Shown here one piece after another: positions 61,566 to 64,000 of a DNA stretch of 64,000 nt (the first letter of the stretch is position 1; every line of letters starts with the position of its first letter). Origin of the DNA: Trichodelitschia bisporula (taxonomy: Eukaryota). A program made the position numbers and the translations under genes. Below the pieces are notes generated by a model that was not told the origin of the DNA, made no database searches, and saw nothing but the letters and a program-made list of their open reading frames with translations. Location: contig ML996708.1 in NCBI GenBank assembly GCA_010356995.1, positions 248,001-312,000 of the forward strand, given 5' to 3'.

Positions 61566-62621
61566 ATGACCCGACACAAGGCGGCGCCATGGGCGCTCCT
61601 TCTGCTGCTCTTGCACCACGTCAGCTACCGTGTGCTAGCGGCACGGCAACTCTCCGCCGCTGTCAAAGCATGCTACTTCCCCGCCGGTGATGCCAGTACC
61701 GGCCGGCCCTGCTACCCCGACCAGCCGAACAGCGTGTGCTGCGCGCCGGGCTTCACTTGCATGAGTAACGGGGTGTGTACAAAGGCAGCAAACGACAAGA
61801 CGCTGAAGTACGACTACTACAGATCAGGCTGTACCGACTACAGCTTCCAGGACCCCGCCTGTCCACACTTCTGTCTGGGGCGTAAGTCACCCTTTCAAAG
61901 AAGAAACCCCTAGGACAACGGTCCACTAACCCTCTCGACAGCCGAAGACCACCAAGAACAAGGCCAAGGCCTCCAACTCTGCTCAGCCGAAACGGGCACA
62001 TACTGTTGCATGCGCGACTACGTCCAAAATTGCTGCTCGAACAGCACCCTGGTTTTCACCATCGGCGTACCTTCCCCCGTCACCGTCATCCAGCGGCCCA
62101 CCAAACCGGCCTTCCTAATTGGCGCCTCGCCTTCCGCCTCAATAGACCCCGCCTCTTCGCTCTCCCTCAATAGTACCTCATCTACCCACTCAAGCCAATA
62201 CGCCCGTGAAACAATCGTCGGCATAGCACTCGGCATATCCATCGCGGGCATCGTGGCCCTACTCGCCGGCGGATGGTGGTGGATACGACGCAGGCGGCGG
62301 CTGGCCGCGGAGGCAACAAGTACGGGTGCCGGAAAATCGGAGGAGGTACTGCCGAAAGGGACGTCTGTTACGGTGAGCAACTTAGGCACCGGCGACCCAG
62401 CGAGCCCGATTGAGCTGGATGTGCTGCGCCGGGAGAGGGAGGGACTGGCGGTGCCGACCGAGCCGCCACCGGGTATTGATGACCCGCCGGGGAGACCGCC
62501 TGGGTTTAACTCGCTGCCTGTGTCGCCGGTGGACCCACCGCCAGCGGGGAATGTGGCCGGATGGCCGGGGGTGGAGGGGCCCACTGTGGGCTTGCCGGTG
62601 GGGAGGAGACGGTCCGGATGA
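61566..62621 (+). CDS. Type I membrane protein with a Cys-rich ectodomain and Ser/Thr stalk (Mid2-like layout); one intron about 61882-61940
   Basis: Signal peptide, CYFP..C...CC....C..NGVC, RSGCTD......CPHFC, transmembrane helix IVGIALGISIAGIVALLAGGWWW followed by RRRRR. Confidence 0.8.
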
Positions 62622-63744
62622 GGAAGTTATGAATAGGTGCTTCGGGTCATGGAGCGCCGTTGGAGATCAGTCATGGTAGCTGAGTCGGAAAGAGGCGGTG
62701 TTTCGATGCTCGATCGGAGGTCTACGACTCGAGGAGTTATCCCGGCATCCGGCTTTCAACGTCAAGAGCATCCGCTAGCGCGCTGCGGCCTGATCCCGGA
62801 CTCCGAGAACATCATGGGGGCTGGCGGTTGCAGGGCCTTGCTCTATGAGCATCGGCTCAAAAAGCGCCGTCTGAGCAAGTCGCGAGATCCAACCGGGCAA
62901 TCGAGGTCTGAAGGCAGGCAGAGATCGATTCTGCACAGTCCAGTGCCGGGGCGTTCAGGGCACAGGCCCAAGAAGAGAGAAAGACAATGAGGAAGACAGC
63001 ACTCGGTGTTTTCAAGCAACCGGGAATCGCCATATTGCCCAACGAACCAGCGCCATAGTCCCACCTAAGACCCGGAAAACTCTCTGAAGCTAGCTATCCG
63101 ATCCAGTGACCCGGTCCAGATGCGATCCTTCGAGCAGCAGGGGCAGATTCCAGGCCAGATCCGAATCCTTCAGGCAACAGAACCTGAATGCGGGCATCGG
63201 CCTTTCTAAATAGCCCAGCCGACTAACCCACATACCGCTCGTATACCATTCCCACACGCCCCAGATACCAAGCCGCAAAAAGCGGCAACCCAAACAAGCG
63301 CACCCCTCGCGCCAAGCAGGCGGTGACGAATGCCTCCTTTCACAGGTGGGGATGCTAGCCCTAGCAAATATAGCCGCTGGATATTTCTTCCGCAGGCGAG
63401 GCTGGGCGGACCAGGGAGTGGAAGGGGAATGTACAGTAACCAGCCTTGCTTTTACATAGACGGGAAAGGAATGCGGGCAAAGAGCTTTTGATATGTAAAC
63501 CCCGATTCGAACCGGGGGGGGCTAGCTTATGGATGAGCGAGCCCCCGGATAGACTACCAACATTTGACATCTTCGTACATAAGCTCGTGAAGCTCGTGAA
63601 AACCCCCATCAGCCTCGTCAAATTCCCCACCTCAGCACCATCGTGAAGAGCCTCCGCAAGGCAAGAATAGCCCCAAACGCCCGCCAAAGCCCTGAAAAGA
63701 CCGGATCGTACAATCCATCACCCTGAATCCGCCAGCAGCAGGAC

Positions 63745-64000
63745 CTACCCCTCAAGCGCGACAACCCACACCGTGGGCACAACTTCCCCGCCAGCCGCCC
63801 GGCCACCAAGCATCAACGCCCTCACACCATCAACCTCACTCCCTGCCGCGGAGGCAACCGTATACCCATCCACCGGCAACAAACCCACCTTCTTCAACGG
63901 CAACTCATCCCCAAACTGATCCACAAACGCCGCATCCACCCCAACAACCCCCGTAACCACACCCTCATCCTCATCCTCCGTGTCCGTCCCCGCAGCCCTG
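63745..64000 (-). CDS. Possible 3' end of a gene entering from the right edge
   Basis: Open frame to the window end with G/T-ending codons like other 3' ends here (…FVDQFGDELPLKKVGLLP…); product not recognised. Confidence 0.4.
   Translation of the reverse strand, partial: RAAGTDTEDEDEGVVTGVVGVDAAFVDQFGDELPLKKVGLLPVDGYTVASAAGSEVDGVRALMLGGRAAGGEVVPTVWVVALEG

Overview
Eukaryotic DNA from a filamentous ascomycete (Pezizomycotina, probably a Dothideomycete): short GT-AG introns with CTRAC branch points and one intron-containing tRNA. Bases 1-8000 are gene-free, visibly more AT-rich, and full of transposon debris, including several MITE-like foldback elements and a 239-bp solo LTR nested in inverted orientation inside another 239-bp copy, each with its own 5-bp target-site duplication. 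The rest is gene-dense. Its centrepiece is an N-acetylglucosamine (GlcNAc) gene cluster (ngs1/nag3 GH3-GNAT sensor, ron1 Ndt80-type regulator, hxk3 kinase, ngt1 transporter) with no recognisable deacetylase or deaminase gene in this window. Other protein genes: cyclin, DEAH helicase, kinesin, Ca2+/H+ exchanger, DID2, ARP8, esterase, AsaB-like oxygenase, NCB2, SDR, FAD oxidoreductase, alcohol dehydrogenase and a Cys-rich membrane protein. RNA genes not shown by the ORF track: tRNA-Arg(CCT), tRNA-Gly(CCC), U2 snRNA, and a spliced non-coding host carrying intronic snR67-like and snR53-like C/D snoRNAs with extra guides. All calls are by eye and from recalled family knowledge; no searches were run. 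I found no clearly unprecedented system. The best leads are the incomplete GlcNAc cluster, the extra snoRNA guides and the nested LTRs.
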